DNA of 64,000 bases, taken from Candidatus Jorgensenbacteria bacterium. GTDB lineage: Bacteria > Patescibacteriota > Minisyncoccia > UBA6257 > GWB1-50-10. Where the stretch lies: positions 48,383 to 112,382 of the forward strand of contig JAUSHK010000005.1 of NCBI GenBank assembly GCA_030648515.1, given 5' to 3'. Position numbers and translations under genes: made by a program. The notes under the pieces are model-generated. The model searched no databases. It had not been told where the DNA came from and worked only from the letters and a program-made list of their open reading frames with translations. Each line of letters starts with the position of its first letter. Position 1 is the stretch's first letter. Shown here piece by piece: positions 27,175-36,893 of this stretch.

Positions 27175-29292
27175 CTAGGGGCGACTTACTTCTAACAGGG
27201 CAAGCGTGAGTTTTATTATCGTCCTTCCTTCGGGATTTTTATCTTCGTATGTAAAAACAGTATTTCCTGTTTCTTGCCATACATATCCAAGCGGAGCGGA
27301 AATTGTCGCCTGAAATTCATTTTCCACACCAGACTGCTTTTCAAATATAAACTCAAATATGTTTCCAGGCGCGACCACGGCAGAATCAGACTGCGTGGTT
27401 TGATACCGCAACTCAAGGTCTTTTGACTCGCCCGCCAATACTGTGAACCACGTTGCGAAAACGTTTTTGCCGTCCTCAATCATACTCCAAACTTTATGTT
27501 CCGTGAGATATTTCTCCGTTTCTTCAATCGCAAGAAGATCGGGGTTGTGCTTGTAACCGCCTGTTTCGTAATCAAACGAGCTTACCGAGTTCCGATCTAT
27601 ATTCCCCTTCGCGTTCAAAAGCATCGTCTCGGGATTCGTAAAAATCTTGATGTAATCCTGATTCGGCGATTTCCACCACGAATCGGTTTGCGTATCGCCA
27701 GAGTGCGCGCGGGTTACCGTGAGATTCGTGAGCGCGCTGCCGTCGGTGCCGATATCAATCGCCGCGCGCACTGTTTCTTTTACAAACGCGTCGCTTTTCC
27801 CGCCAGCGATGTTTGTATTCACAACAGCGAGGTAACTTCCCCAGAAACTGCTCGGCAACTCATACACCGCACCGCTTAGTCCAGACGAAGCGATGAAACT
27901 TTGGATTTTATCGTCTTTCGCGTACACCATAATGTCTTTTTTCGCGAAGTGCTCCTCAAAACGCGTGAGAAGCGCCTTTTGTTCCGTTTGCGTGAGCGCG
28001 CCCAGGCGTTCAAAGAGAATTGGCGCGAGAATTTTTAAAATCCGCTTCGGGTGCCCTGCTTTATTATCCTTCCCCGCCTCTACCTCACGCTGGATTTCGT
28101 GCAGAAAGTTTTCGCTATCAATAGTTAGCTTATATTCATCAAGCGGAATGGAGCCTGTAACGTCTAGAAGCGTTTCAAGCACGTTAATGTTAATTGCGAC
28201 AGCCGCGTCAAATTTTATACCGCGTTCCTCATACATTTTTGACGACTCAAGAAAACCAAGAACTGTTTTCGCGGACGTCGGGAAATCAAAGAACCAGTTT
28301 GCGTCGCGCGCTTCCCAATCGGTTGTCGTTTTCTGAAGCGGTTTAGGCGGGATAATTTTTGAGAACACCCAGCCGTCGGGGTCGTAAATATCGCGCACAT
28401 CAAGCGAGACCATCTGCCCGCCACGGACCGTTATATCTGCGTAGCTTCCCAAGAAACCTCCGCCTGGTCGTATCTCCGCCGGATTCTGAAACAAGATAGC
28501 AACGTGCGTATCAGTGTCGCGTTTTAAGAGTGCAAGCAAATTATTTAAAAATTCTTCGGCGCCATAGAGCGCCGCGCTGTGCGCTATGTATTGGTTGCCG
28601 ATAAGGCTGTCAATGCCGTCAAAAAGAGAGGCGGTCTGTTTGAGGCTCGCGGTCGTATTTTTAATATCTTGCGTTTTTGCTAGAATCGCGCTGATTGCGT
28701 CGCGCGCTTCCCCGAGACGCGCAAGAAGCGTTGCTCCGTCGCTTTCAAAATATTTGAAGCCGTTTTGTTTTGCGTCCGCGATGATTTGCGAGATTTTAAG
28801 AAGTTCTATATTTAATCCAGTGATTCCCCCAATGAGAGAACCCGAACTTTTGAAAGCCGGGACGACCCACCCCAATGCGGCTGTGAGCGTTTTTCCGCGC
28901 CCATTTTCCAAGAGCGCATCAAGCGTTGCGAGATCCTTGTTATTTTGGGTAAGGCTTTGCTGCGCGGCTTCCGGGTCAAGATTGCTTAACGCCTCAACTG
29001 ATTTTTGAAAATTACCCGATATAGCGGAGCTTGAATTTTTAATTACGTCGCGCGTTTGAACGGCTGTCTTCGCGACAAAAACAAAAAGAATTCCGACCAT
29101 AATAAAGGAGAACGCGCCGATGATTTTTGCCACAGCACCGCTCGTGTTGCGCTTTGGCGCCTGCGGGATGCGGGCAAGGTCAAGCGACGGCGTGCGCATA
29201 ATGCGCTCATAGTTAAGGTCGGGATGCCGCACGTCAAAAAGAACCGGGTCAATGTTTTTCGCGGAAACTTTTCTCTTTATCGGGTGTTCCAT
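27175..29292 (-). CDS. DUF4012 domain protein
   Basis: TM then FQNPAEIRPGGGF, RDANWFFDFP, GGKSD motifs. Confidence 0.85.
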   Translation of the reverse strand: MEHPIKRKVSAKNIDPVLFDVRHPDLNYERIMRTPSLDLARIPQAPKRNTSGAVAKIIGAFSFIMVGILFVFVAKTAVQTRDVIKNSSSAISGNFQKSVEALSNLDPEAAQQSLTQNNKDLATLDALLENGRGKTLTAALGWVVPAFKSSGSLIGGITGLNIELLKISQIIADAKQNGFKYFESDGATLLARLGEARDAISAILAKTQDIKNTTASLKQTASLFDGIDSLIGNQYIAHSAALYGAEEFLNNLLALLKRDTDTHVAILFQNPAEIRPGGGFLGSYADITVRGGQMVSLDVRDIYDPDGWVFSKIIPPKPLQKTTTDWEARDANWFFDFPTSAKTVLGFLESSKMYEERGIKFDAAVAININVLETLLDVTGSIPLDEYKLTIDSENFLHEIQREVEAGKDNKAGHPKRILKILAPILFERLGALTQTEQKALLTRFEEHFAKKDIMVYAKDDKIQSFIASSGLSGAVYELPSSFWGSYLAVVNTNIAGGKSDAFVKETVRAAIDIGTDGSALTNLTVTRAHSGDTQTDSWWKSPNQDYIKIFTNPETMLLNAKGNIDRNSVSSFDYETGGYKHNPDLLAIEETEKYLTEHKVWSMIEDGKNVFATWFTVLAGESKDLELRYQTTQSDSAVVAPGNIFEFIFEKQSGVENEFQATISAPLGYVWQETGNTVFTYEDKNPEGRTIIKLTLALLEVSRP

Positions 29293-29293
29293 G

Positions 29294-30442
29294 TTACAGA
29301 GTTTTAAAAAGATTCAGTACGTCTCTCGCGGTTTTCTCCCACGAGAATCTTTTCGCGTTTTCAAATCCTTTTTCAATATAGCGCGAACGCACTGACGCAT
29401 TTCCAATAACCGCCTCAAGCGCCGCAATCTGCTCGTCTATATTCCACGGATCAACCAACAGCGCGGAATCCCCGAGAACTTCAGGTGTGGACGACCTGTT
29501 TGAGGCAACAACCGGCGCGCCGCACATTTGCGCCTCAAGCGGCGGAAAACCGAACCCTTCAAAAAAAGACGGGTAGAGAAGCGCTTCGCACGCATTATAG
29601 AGGCACGTGAGTTCTTCATAATTTCCGTCGCCCCACAAAACAATATCGTCCTTCGCGCGCGAATCGGTAATCTCTCTAAAAATTGTATCATAGCTCCATC
29701 CTTTCCGCCCCACGAACACTAGTTTTAAATCGTGAAATGCCGGTTTTGATTTCAACACGGAGAACGAACGGATGATGCTCGCGACATTTTTTCGCGGCTC
29801 AAGAACACCTACAAAAAGAATGAACGGCTGTTTGAGGCCGTGCCGCGCGCGGAAATCATCAACGGCTTCTTTGCTTACTTTTTTGTACGCGGGATTTATT
29901 CCCGGATAGATGACGGCAACTTTTTCTTTAGGAACACGCAGGGTTTGCACGATATCGCGCGCGGTGAAATGTGAGACAGTCAGGATTGCGCTCGCTTCGT
30001 CCGCTCCGCGCTTATAACGCTGGAGAACGTGCCACAAGCGCGCGCGCCATGAATAAAACTCGGGGAAATGAAGAAATGAGAGGTCGTGGAATGTGATGAT
30101 TCGTTTTGATTTCCGCGATGTTGAAAGCAAATTGATGTTTGGGCTTAAAACAATATCTGCTTGTGCCTTTCGATCAAGAAATGGGCGATGAAACACGATG
30201 TTTGAAAAATCAAGAAACTTGTTCGGCATCCGCCACGCGAGCCGCGAAGCATTCGTTTTGCTTTCAAACGTTTCCGGAAAAAACGGCTTTCTTAGGCCAT
30301 TTGTAAAAAAGATGTAATGGTTTTCATGGTCCGCCGCGAGGAGATGCTCGGACAAAAGCCGCGTGTATTCCTCTACGCCGGATTTTCTCCCCTTGCCCAG
30401 CACGCGGGCGTCAATCAAGATACGGAGCGGCGTACGGCTCAT
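29294..30442 (-). CDS. Glycosyltransferase family 4
   Basis: [15 protein letters not shown]. Confidence 0.92.
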   Translation of the reverse strand: MSRTPLRILIDARVLGKGRKSGVEEYTRLLSEHLLAADHENHYIFFTNGLRKPFFPETFESKTNASRLAWRMPNKFLDFSNIVFHRPFLDRKAQADIVLSPNINLLSTSRKSKRIITFHDLSFLHFPEFYSWRARLWHVLQRYKRGADEASAILTVSHFTARDIVQTLRVPKEKVAVIYPGINPAYKKVSKEAVDDFRARHGLKQPFILFVGVLEPRKNVASIIRSFSVLKSKPAFHDLKLVFVGRKGWSYDTIFREITDSRAKDDIVLWGDGNYEELTCLYNACEALLYPSFFEGFGFPPLEAQMCGAPVVASNRSSTPEVLGDSALLVDPWNIDEQIAALEAVIGNASVRSRYIEKGFENAKRFSWEKTARDVLNLFKTL

Positions 30443-31563
30443 ACGATATTAGTCGGCTCACTATCAACGCAGAAACCGCACTTCCCGAGTTTCTTAATGA
30501 AATTCTTTTTGAAGTTCTCTTTTGAAAATCTCTGGGCATGGTGCGCGATGTACGTTCTGTCCCATTTTATGCCATCGCTTTCATGTATCGCCCTTATAAC
30601 CGCGTCAGTGGTTTGTTTATCAAACAAAAGTCCCGTGCGGCGCATTTCTACAATCTCTGGGCCACCGCCGACGTTATACGCGATAACCGGCACTCCGCAT
30701 GCTTGCGCTTCGGCCGCGACAAGCCCGAAGTCCTCAATCTGCGGAAAGATAAACGCTTTCGCGTTGCTGTAGAGCCGGCGCAATTCTTCATCCTCCGGAT
30801 GTTTTATAAAAGAAACATAGTTCGGATCCGCAATCTGCTTCAATTTTTCAAATTCGGGACCCATGCCAATAATTTTTAATTTCTTTCGCAGTTTGTTGCA
30901 CGCGAGAATTCCAAGGTCAAACCGCTTGTAATACAGGAGACGTCCCGCCATCATGTAATATTCTTCGCTATTTATTACGTTGCGCTCGGGATAAAACGTT
31001 TTTACGTCAACTGGCGGATATATGACTTCCGCATTGCGCTTATAGTACGCGCGCACTTTTTCACCGATGTATGAGGAGTCCGCAAAAAACACATTTACGC
31101 GCGATGAGCTTTTTACATCCCATGCACGAAGCCATTTCGCAATCGGCCGAATCACCATTTCTTTCAATGGCCACGGCGAGAACGGCAAATCCTTAAGATA
31201 ATCAATTTCCCACGCGTACCGGAGCGGACTCAGGCAATAGCAAACGTGGTACGGCGACTCAACGCGGAATCCTTTTCCATAGCCAGCGGTTGAGGAAATT
31301 ACTAAATCGTATTTTTCTTTTGATTTTAAAAAGCGCGACGCGAGCGGCATAAATGGAATAAACATCCGATGCTTTCGGCGTACGAACGGAATATTTAAAA
31401 AACTGACTTTCTTTATATTGTTTTCAAACTTTCCGAACGTCCGCGCTTTGTCATAGAGTAAAGTATAAATATCCGCTGACGGAAAAATTTCAAGCAGAAC
31501 TTCCAGCACGCGTTCGGCTCCCCCATATTGGTTTAAATAATCATGTAAAATCGCAACGCGCAT
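30439..31563 (-). CDS. Glycosyltransferase family 4
   Basis: HDYLNQYGGAERVL, EDFGLVAAEA. Confidence 0.92.
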   Translation of the reverse strand: MRVAILHDYLNQYGGAERVLEVLLEIFPSADIYTLLYDKARTFGKFENNIKKVSFLNIPFVRRKHRMFIPFMPLASRFLKSKEKYDLVISSTAGYGKGFRVESPYHVCYCLSPLRYAWEIDYLKDLPFSPWPLKEMVIRPIAKWLRAWDVKSSSRVNVFFADSSYIGEKVRAYYKRNAEVIYPPVDVKTFYPERNVINSEEYYMMAGRLLYYKRFDLGILACNKLRKKLKIIGMGPEFEKLKQIADPNYVSFIKHPEDEELRRLYSNAKAFIFPQIEDFGLVAAEAQACGVPVIAYNVGGGPEIVEMRRTGLLFDKQTTDAVIRAIHESDGIKWDRTYIAHHAQRFSKENFKKNFIKKLGKCGFCVDSEPTNIV

Positions 31564-31677
31564 TGGGATTATTCTATATCTTTCGCCTTTGTAACGCCAA
31601 ATTGAAAAAGAAAAAACCGCCCGGGTGTATTTATCCGAGTGGTTTTGATGTTTTTCTCCTGCAGTTTGTAATAAATC

Positions 31678-31872
31678 TTAGTGAGTTGCTTTTAAGATGC
31701 CGGCAAGAATGAAAAAGAAGCCGACTATCATCCCAAACGCAGGCCATGGAATTTGGAGAGTGTCTGCTGCACAAAATCCTGAAATTATAAGCAAACCTCC
31801 TACTAAAATGAGGGTAGGAAATTTTGTAGAAGATTCTATCTTTCCAATTTTGATTTTCTTTATTCTCACCAT
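31678..31872 (-). CDS. Small orphan membrane protein
   Basis: 64 aa, 2 TM, AAGGAGG SD, promoter TTGACA-17-TACAAT 31939-31967, terminator 31613-31646. Confidence 0.65.
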   Translation of the reverse strand: MVRIKKIKIGKIESSTKFPTLILVGGLLIISGFCAADTLQIPWPAFGMIVGFFFILAGILKATH

Positions 31873-31969
31873 TCGAAGCCTCCTTTGCCAATATTAAGCA
31901 CAAATCTCAGTTTTATTTATTTAAAAATGACTGAGTGAATTGTAGCATCTGTATTACTTTGTGTCAAAC

Positions 31970-32560
31970 CTACACCCCCGTCGGGTCAGAGAAGAAAATC
32001 CAGATAGTTTTGAAGAGAATCTTAATATCCAGCCAGCATGATTTGTGCTCGGCATAATATTCGTCAAATTCAAGCTCTTTGCGGAACGGAAGAGACGAGG
32101 CGCCGTTCACCTGCGAAAGCCCTGTGAGTCCCGCCTTTGTGAAACGGAGGTTTTTAAACTCCAGCGGATAGGCATCAATTTCCTCCGGTTCGTGCGGGCG
32201 CGGGCCGACGAGCGAAAGGTTGCCCATGAGTACATTAAAGAATTGCGGGAACTCATCCAGGCGAAACCTGCGCAGAAACTTCCCTACTTTTGTAAGGCGC
32301 GGGTCATTTTTAATTTTAAAAAGCGGGCCGTCGGTCCGCTCATTCAAATGCGCGAGTTCTTTTTTCTTTTCGCGCGCGTTTTTTACCATCGAGCGGAATT
32401 TATAAACTTTTATAATCTTTCCTTCACTTACCCTATCGAGCGCGACAAAAATCGGAAACCCGGTTTCTAATACAATGGCGAAACCGACAAATGGAGTGAG
32501 TACAATAGTTAAGCAGGTTCCAACTAGCCCGCATATTACATCAATGAGCCGTTTTAACAT
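31970..32560 (-). CDS. Polyprenyl-phosphate sugar phosphotransferase (Bac_transf)
   Basis: KRLID, KFRSM, DPRLT, LDEFPQ, SLVGPRP. Confidence 0.92.
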   Translation of the reverse strand: MLKRLIDVICGLVGTCLTIVLTPFVGFAIVLETGFPIFVALDRVSEGKIIKVYKFRSMVKNAREKKKELAHLNERTDGPLFKIKNDPRLTKVGKFLRRFRLDEFPQFFNVLMGNLSLVGPRPHEPEEIDAYPLEFKNLRFTKAGLTGLSQVNGASSLPFRKELEFDEYYAEHKSCWLDIKILFKTIWIFFSDPTGV

Positions 32561-33231
32561 TACAAAATTACGATAACAAACTCTCCTTTTTCCTTTTCGC
32601 CCTTAAAATGGAGGAGCGCGGATTCAAGCGTTCCACTAAAAATGTCTTCATGGATTTTAGTGAGTTCTCTGCCAACGACTATCGCGTGTTCTTTTCCATA
32701 AACAACCGACAAACTCTCCAGCGCTTTCCTTGCGCGAAACGGGGATTCGTAGAACACGACGGGGCGGGCTTCAATTTCCTTTGTCTTTTTGAAAAACGTT
32801 TCGCGCCCCTTTTTGTGCGGGGCGTATCCTAAAAACGTGAACTCCCCCGCCGAAATTCCAGAAACGGAAAGTATTGAAGTGATTGCTGAAGCGCCCGGGA
32901 TTGGAACAATTAAGATTTTTATATCTTGTTCACGCAGAAATTTAACTAGCTTTGAACCCGGGTCTGAAATTCCCGGCGTGCCGGCGTCCGATACAAATGC
33001 GATGTTTTCGCCATGTACTAGGCGTTCCTTAACTGATTCAAAGAAAGATGCGTTTGCGTATTCATCGCACCGCAGAATTGGCTTTTTGATTTCATAGCGG
33101 TCAAGAAGTTTTTTCGTCACGCGCGTGTCCTCGGCTAAAATAACATTAACGCTTTTAAGCGTTTCAATCGCCCGTATTGAAATATCGCCTAAGTTTCCTA
33201 TCGGCGTCGCAACAATGTATAAAGTGCCCAT
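32560..33231 (-). CDS. rsmI: 16S rRNA C1402 2'-O-methyltransferase
   Basis: ATPIGNLGD, AEDTR, DAGTPGISDPG, RELTKIHE. Confidence 0.95.
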   Translation of the reverse strand: MGTLYIVATPIGNLGDISIRAIETLKSVNVILAEDTRVTKKLLDRYEIKKPILRCDEYANASFFESVKERLVHGENIAFVSDAGTPGISDPGSKLVKFLREQDIKILIVPIPGASAITSILSVSGISAGEFTFLGYAPHKKGRETFFKKTKEIEARPVVFYESPFRARKALESLSVVYGKEHAIVVGRELTKIHEDIFSGTLESALLHFKGEKEKGEFVIVIL

Positions 33232-33263
33232 AGGAAAAGTATATTGTGTTTTGGATTAAAATA

Positions 33264-33285
33264 ATAGTTCGACTTCGCTCACTAT
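33264..33285. repeat. Short REP-like element, copy 1
   Basis: ATAGTTCGACTTCGCTCACTAT; near-identical to 47362-47381. Confidence 0.6.
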
Positions 33286-33328
33286 AATAAAAACAGGGCG
33301 GAGATGTTTTTCCGCCCATTATCTTTAT

Positions 33329-33493
33329 TTAACCACCACACCTAAATGAGTTTTTTGTGAAATTTACGGTGGTTATATTTCCACAAAACGGAACGCATCT
33401 GAATGTGCCTTTGTTGCCCGAAAATTTCTCTTGTTTATTTTTCGGGACTACCCTCCGAGAACATTCGGGTGGGTTTTTATCTTTTTTCTCCAT
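33329..33493 (-). CDS. Small basic orphan protein (54 aa; not in ORF track)
   Basis: MEKKDKNPPECSRRVVPKNKQEKFSGNKGTFRCVPFCGNITTVNFTKNSFRCGG*; GGAAGGAGG SD; promoter TTGACA-17-TAGATT 33543-33571; terminator 33296-33317. Confidence 0.55.
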   Translation of the reverse strand: MEKKDKNPPECSRRVVPKNKQEKFSGNKGTFRCVPFCGNITTVNFTKNSFRCGG

Positions 33494-33610
33494 TTGTTCC
33501 TCCTTCCTGTTTTATTTTTAGATTCCTTATGTTTCTTATATTAATCTAAACTCCAAAATTTCATGTGTCAATTAATAATAAAATGTGGGCGGAGAATATA
33601 TCCGCCCAAT

Positions 33611-33817
33611 TTACAGCTCGGAGATTGATGGAACTTCGCGGGGAAGAGGAGGATTTTTGGATATTTCTTTTATGAGCTCAGCCATCCCCGGTGGAAATTT
33701 TCCTCTAAAATTCCTTAAAAAAGCTTTTCTAACACCTTTTCTGCGCGCCGTTTCCGCGGTCTGTGTGTCTTCAGAGAGCCGCGTTGTCGCATTACCACTA
33801 TTCGATTTTGGGCTCAT
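33611..33817 (-). CDS. Small orphan protein (68 aa)
   Basis: AAGGAG SD; terminator 33586-33608. Confidence 0.55.
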   Translation of the reverse strand: MSPKSNSGNATTRLSEDTQTAETARRKGVRKAFLRNFRGKFPPGMAELIKEISKNPPLPREVPSISEL

Positions 33818-33892
33818 TTTTCCTCTCCTTTTAAATTATTTTCGGTTATTGTGTTCTGCTTTAAGTCTAGCTGTTTGAACAATAAATACAAA

Positions 33893-33910
33893 CCGCCCAC
33901 GAATGGGCGG
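33893..33910 (-). terminator. rplS terminator
   Basis: CCGCCCA-TTCG-TGGGCGG then TTT on minus strand. Confidence 0.75.
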
Positions 33911-33911
33911 C

Positions 33912-34244
33912 TTATTTTGCCTCTTCTGTTTTCTTTAAACGTTCTCTGGCTTTCTTGCTTGAAAATCCTCTAAGGAAGTAAAGCTTTGCGCGGTGAACTT
34001 TCTTGGGCGAGGAAATAACATCAACTTTTGCGATTGACGGAGAATGAATCGGAAACACTTTTTCAACCCCTATCTCGTCAAGCACTGCGCGGACGGTGAA
34101 CGTGGCGCCGGATTCTTTTCCGTGTTTGCGCGCAAGCACCGTGCCCTCAAATGCCGACAGGCGCTCTTTGTCGCCTTCTTTTACCTTTTCCCAGACGCGG
34201 ACTTTCGCGCCCGGTTTGATTTTTTCCATTATTGTTTGATCCAT
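33912..34244 (-). CDS. rplS: 50S ribosomal protein bL19
   Basis: KEGDKER, FEG, GVEKVFPIHSP, RAKLYFLR. Confidence 0.97.
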   Translation of the reverse strand: MDQTIMEKIKPGAKVRVWEKVKEGDKERLSAFEGTVLARKHGKESGATFTVRAVLDEIGVEKVFPIHSPSIAKVDVISSPKKVHRAKLYFLRGFSSKKARERLKKTEEAK

Positions 34245-34286
34245 AATTCGTTTTTCAAGTTTACCTCGCTTTTCTCAAATCGTCAA

Positions 34287-34353
34287 CCCCGATTAGAAAT
34301 ACCCGCCCCGGGGCAGCTCCGCTGTTTTTATAGAAAGGCGATTTCTAACGGGG
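34287..34353. mobile_element. MITE-like element (short copy)
   Basis: Ends CCCCGATTAGAAAT ... ATTTCTAACGGGG; abuts -35 of rplS promoter (TTGACG-17-TAAACT). Confidence 0.6.
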
Positions 34354-34366
34354 CAGGGAAACGCTG

Positions 34367-35092
34367 TTATTTGTTTCGTAAGGTGTTGAGAAAAGACGAC
34401 AATTCATCTGGTAACGCGCTTTCAATCCGCAGGCGCTTGCCGTCAGCTTTTATAAACTCTATCGCCGACGCGTGCAAAAACTGGCGGTTCAGTCCGAACG
34501 GATTATCTCTCGGCCCATACAGCTTATCGCCCACAATTGGATGCTTTATTGACGCAAGATGAACGCGAATCTGGTGAGTCCTCCCTGTTTTTGGCGTAAT
34601 TTTAAGCAATGTTGTTTCTGAGAACTGTTCCATTGGGGAATATTCAGTAACGGCATCTTTTATCATCTTCATATTTCTCGCGTTCACGCTTCGGCGCGTT
34701 GACCCTGAACGGAGCCCGATTGGCTTATTAATTATGCCGTGTCCCTCAATCTTTCCGCGGACAAGCCCGATATATTCCTTTTTAACCTCGTGGTTTTGGA
34801 ATTGTTTCTTTAAAAGATCAAAAAATATCTGCGTGCGGGCAACCACCACAATACCGGACGTTTCTTTGTCCAGCCGGTGCACGATTCCATAGCGCTCCAA
34901 CTCGTCATGGTTTTTGTCCGTGTCTCCAATGTCCAGCACTTCCGGGTACCGTTTAAGAATCCAATCAACAAGCGTTTCCTCGCTTGTATGGGCGTCTTTT
35001 GCAATTCCGCCCCTTGTTTTATGCACTAAAACCCCAGACGGTTTGTTTACAGCAACGAAATCTTTGTCCTCATAGATAACCTTTATTTCCAC
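34367..35092 (-). CDS. RluA/RluD-family pseudouridine synthase
   Basis: NKPSG, HRLDKETSG, TGRTHQIRVH, FLHA. Confidence 0.93.
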   Translation of the reverse strand: MEIKVIYEDKDFVAVNKPSGVLVHKTRGGIAKDAHTSEETLVDWILKRYPEVLDIGDTDKNHDELERYGIVHRLDKETSGIVVVARTQIFFDLLKKQFQNHEVKKEYIGLVRGKIEGHGIINKPIGLRSGSTRRSVNARNMKMIKDAVTEYSPMEQFSETTLLKITPKTGRTHQIRVHLASIKHPIVGDKLYGPRDNPFGLNRQFLHASAIEFIKADGKRLRIESALPDELSSFLNTLRNK

Positions 35093-35224
35093 TGTTTAAG
35101 TATGCACGAAAGTGCGAAAAATGCAATAAAAACGAGGTTTTTAGCCCATTTTCATACCCCCTTGATTTTTCTAGAACTATGTGCTAGTATATGACTATAC
35201 ACCCTTAGGTCCGGGTGTTTTTAT

Positions 35225-35641
35225 ATGGAAACAATTTTACCGGCACTTATTAGTTTTGTTATGGCAATTTCACCGCAGACCGCGGGGATTTCTGCCACAA
35301 CGCAAATCTCAATCCCTATAGTTCAGGCCGCGCAGGAGCGCGTTTCTGCTCCCCGCATTTTTGACGTGTGGGTTACCGCATACTCAAGCTCACAGGATGA
35401 AACCGACAGCACTCCTAATATAACAGCTTCAAACAAAGCGCCACACGACGGCGTGCTTGCCGCAAACTTTCTTAAGCTTGGTGAGAAGGTAAAAATTCCG
35501 TCTCTCTTTGGCGACAAAATTTTTACCGTTGAGGACCGCATGAACAAACGCAAAAAGAACTTTGTTGACATCTGGATGCCAACAAAACAGGACGCGCTTA
35601 AGTTCGGCATCGCGAAAGCGGATATTGTACTTGTAGATTAG
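35225..35641 (+). CDS. 3D domain protein
   Basis: TAYSS...TDSTP.ITAS, VEDR, VDIWM...A..FG. Confidence 0.85.
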   Translation: METILPALISFVMAISPQTAGISATTQISIPIVQAAQERVSAPRIFDVWVTAYSSSQDETDSTPNITASNKAPHDGVLAANFLKLGEKVKIPSLFGDKIFTVEDRMNKRKKNFVDIWMPTKQDALKFGIAKADIVLVD

Positions 35642-35967
35642 CGGTTGTCGCCGTCCCCCGAAATTACGCTTCGCTCTTTGCGAAAGCGTAATTTTTCTAT
35701 ATTCGCATCCCCGATTTCTTCCAAAGACAGATTGAGCTCGCGGGCTAATTGCGAAATGTACCATAACATATCTCCTAGTTCATTCGCGATTGCTTTTTTT
35801 ACTTCTTCATCCAGAATGTTTCCTTTGTCTCTTTGTATTTTCTTTATCTTATTCGCAACTTCCCCGCCTTCTCCTACCAATCCTAGGGTTGGGTAAATAT
35901 AATTGTTTCCGACGTTAGGATATTGCGCCGTTTCGGTCGCTTTTTTCTGATATTCATCAAGAGTCAT
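35638..35967 (-). CDS. MazG-like nucleotide pyrophosphohydrolase
   Basis: GEGGEV...ELGDMLWY...N..KL..R...GDGDNR. Confidence 0.9.
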   Translation of the reverse strand: MTLDEYQKKATETAQYPNVGNNYIYPTLGLVGEGGEVANKIKKIQRDKGNILDEEVKKAIANELGDMLWYISQLARELNLSLEEIGDANIEKLRFRKERSVISGDGDNR

Positions 35968-35976
35968 AAAAAGCGT

Positions 35977-36591
35977 TTATTTTCCAAAATTATTTCCGAC
36001 TTTTTCCCAGTTAACAATGTTCCACCAGTTTTCTATATATTCCGCCCGGCGGTTTTGATACTTAAGGTAATACGCGTGTTCCCACAAGTCGAGCGTGAGA
36101 AGCGGCATCTCTTTGATTGAAATCGGAGAATCCTGATTTGGCAAGGAATTTACCTTGAGTTTGCCAGCAGCATCGCGCGTGAGCCATGCCCAACCGCTTC
36201 CAAAATGCCCCGCGGCGACTTTCGTAAACTCCGATTTAAATACGTCAAAACCTCCGAATGTTTTTGTAATAGCTTCAAGCAGGACCCCTTGCGGCATTCC
36301 CCCGCCTCCCCCGCTAGCTGGCGGATTCATAACCGTCCAAAAAAATGAGTGGTTGAAATGACCGCCGCCATGGTTTTTAACCGCGGTACGGATGTCCTCA
36401 GGCATTGTCTCAAGCGACATAAGCAGCGATTCAACCGTCTGGCCCTCGAGCTCGGGGTGCTTCGCTATTGCCTCATTCAGCTTCGCCACGTAGGTCGCGT
36501 GGTGCTTCGCGTGATGCAATTCCATTGTTTGCGCGTCGATGTAAGGCTCAAGCGCGTTGTATGAGTATGGAAGTTTCGGAAGCTCGTACAT
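35977..36591 (-). CDS. sodA: Fe/Mn superoxide dismutase
   Basis: HHAKHH, GGHFNH, FGSGWAW, DLWEHAYY. Confidence 0.95.
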   Translation of the reverse strand: MYELPKLPYSYNALEPYIDAQTMELHHAKHHATYVAKLNEAIAKHPELEGQTVESLLMSLETMPEDIRTAVKNHGGGHFNHSFFWTVMNPPASGGGGGMPQGVLLEAITKTFGGFDVFKSEFTKVAAGHFGSGWAWLTRDAAGKLKVNSLPNQDSPISIKEMPLLTLDLWEHAYYLKYQNRRAEYIENWWNIVNWEKVGNNFGK

Positions 36592-36598
36592 GATTATT

Positions 36599-36838
36599 TT
36601 ATCCGTTTATTCCGAGAAGCCCCTCAATATTGCTCTTATTAAAACCGATAACAATAGAGCCGTTGATTTCAATCACGGGCACGCCAAGCTGGCCCGTTTT
36701 TTTAATCATTTCCTCCTGCGCTTTTAAATCGCTTTCCACGTTCATTTCGCGATACTCTATGTTGTGCGACTTAAAAAACTCCTTCGCCATCTTGCAATAA
36801 ACACAGCTCGGTGTCGTATAAATGGTTACGTTCGGCAT
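36599..36838 (-). CDS. Glutaredoxin/NrdH-like redoxin
   Basis: CVYC, GVPV, GF. Confidence 0.9.
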   Translation of the reverse strand: MPNVTIYTTPSCVYCKMAKEFFKSHNIEYREMNVESDLKAQEEMIKKTGQLGVPVIEINGSIVIGFNKSNIEGLLGING

Positions 36839-36893
36839 ATAAAATTCTTTTGATTAATAATTAATTTTTCGACCGATATATAGTATACACTAT

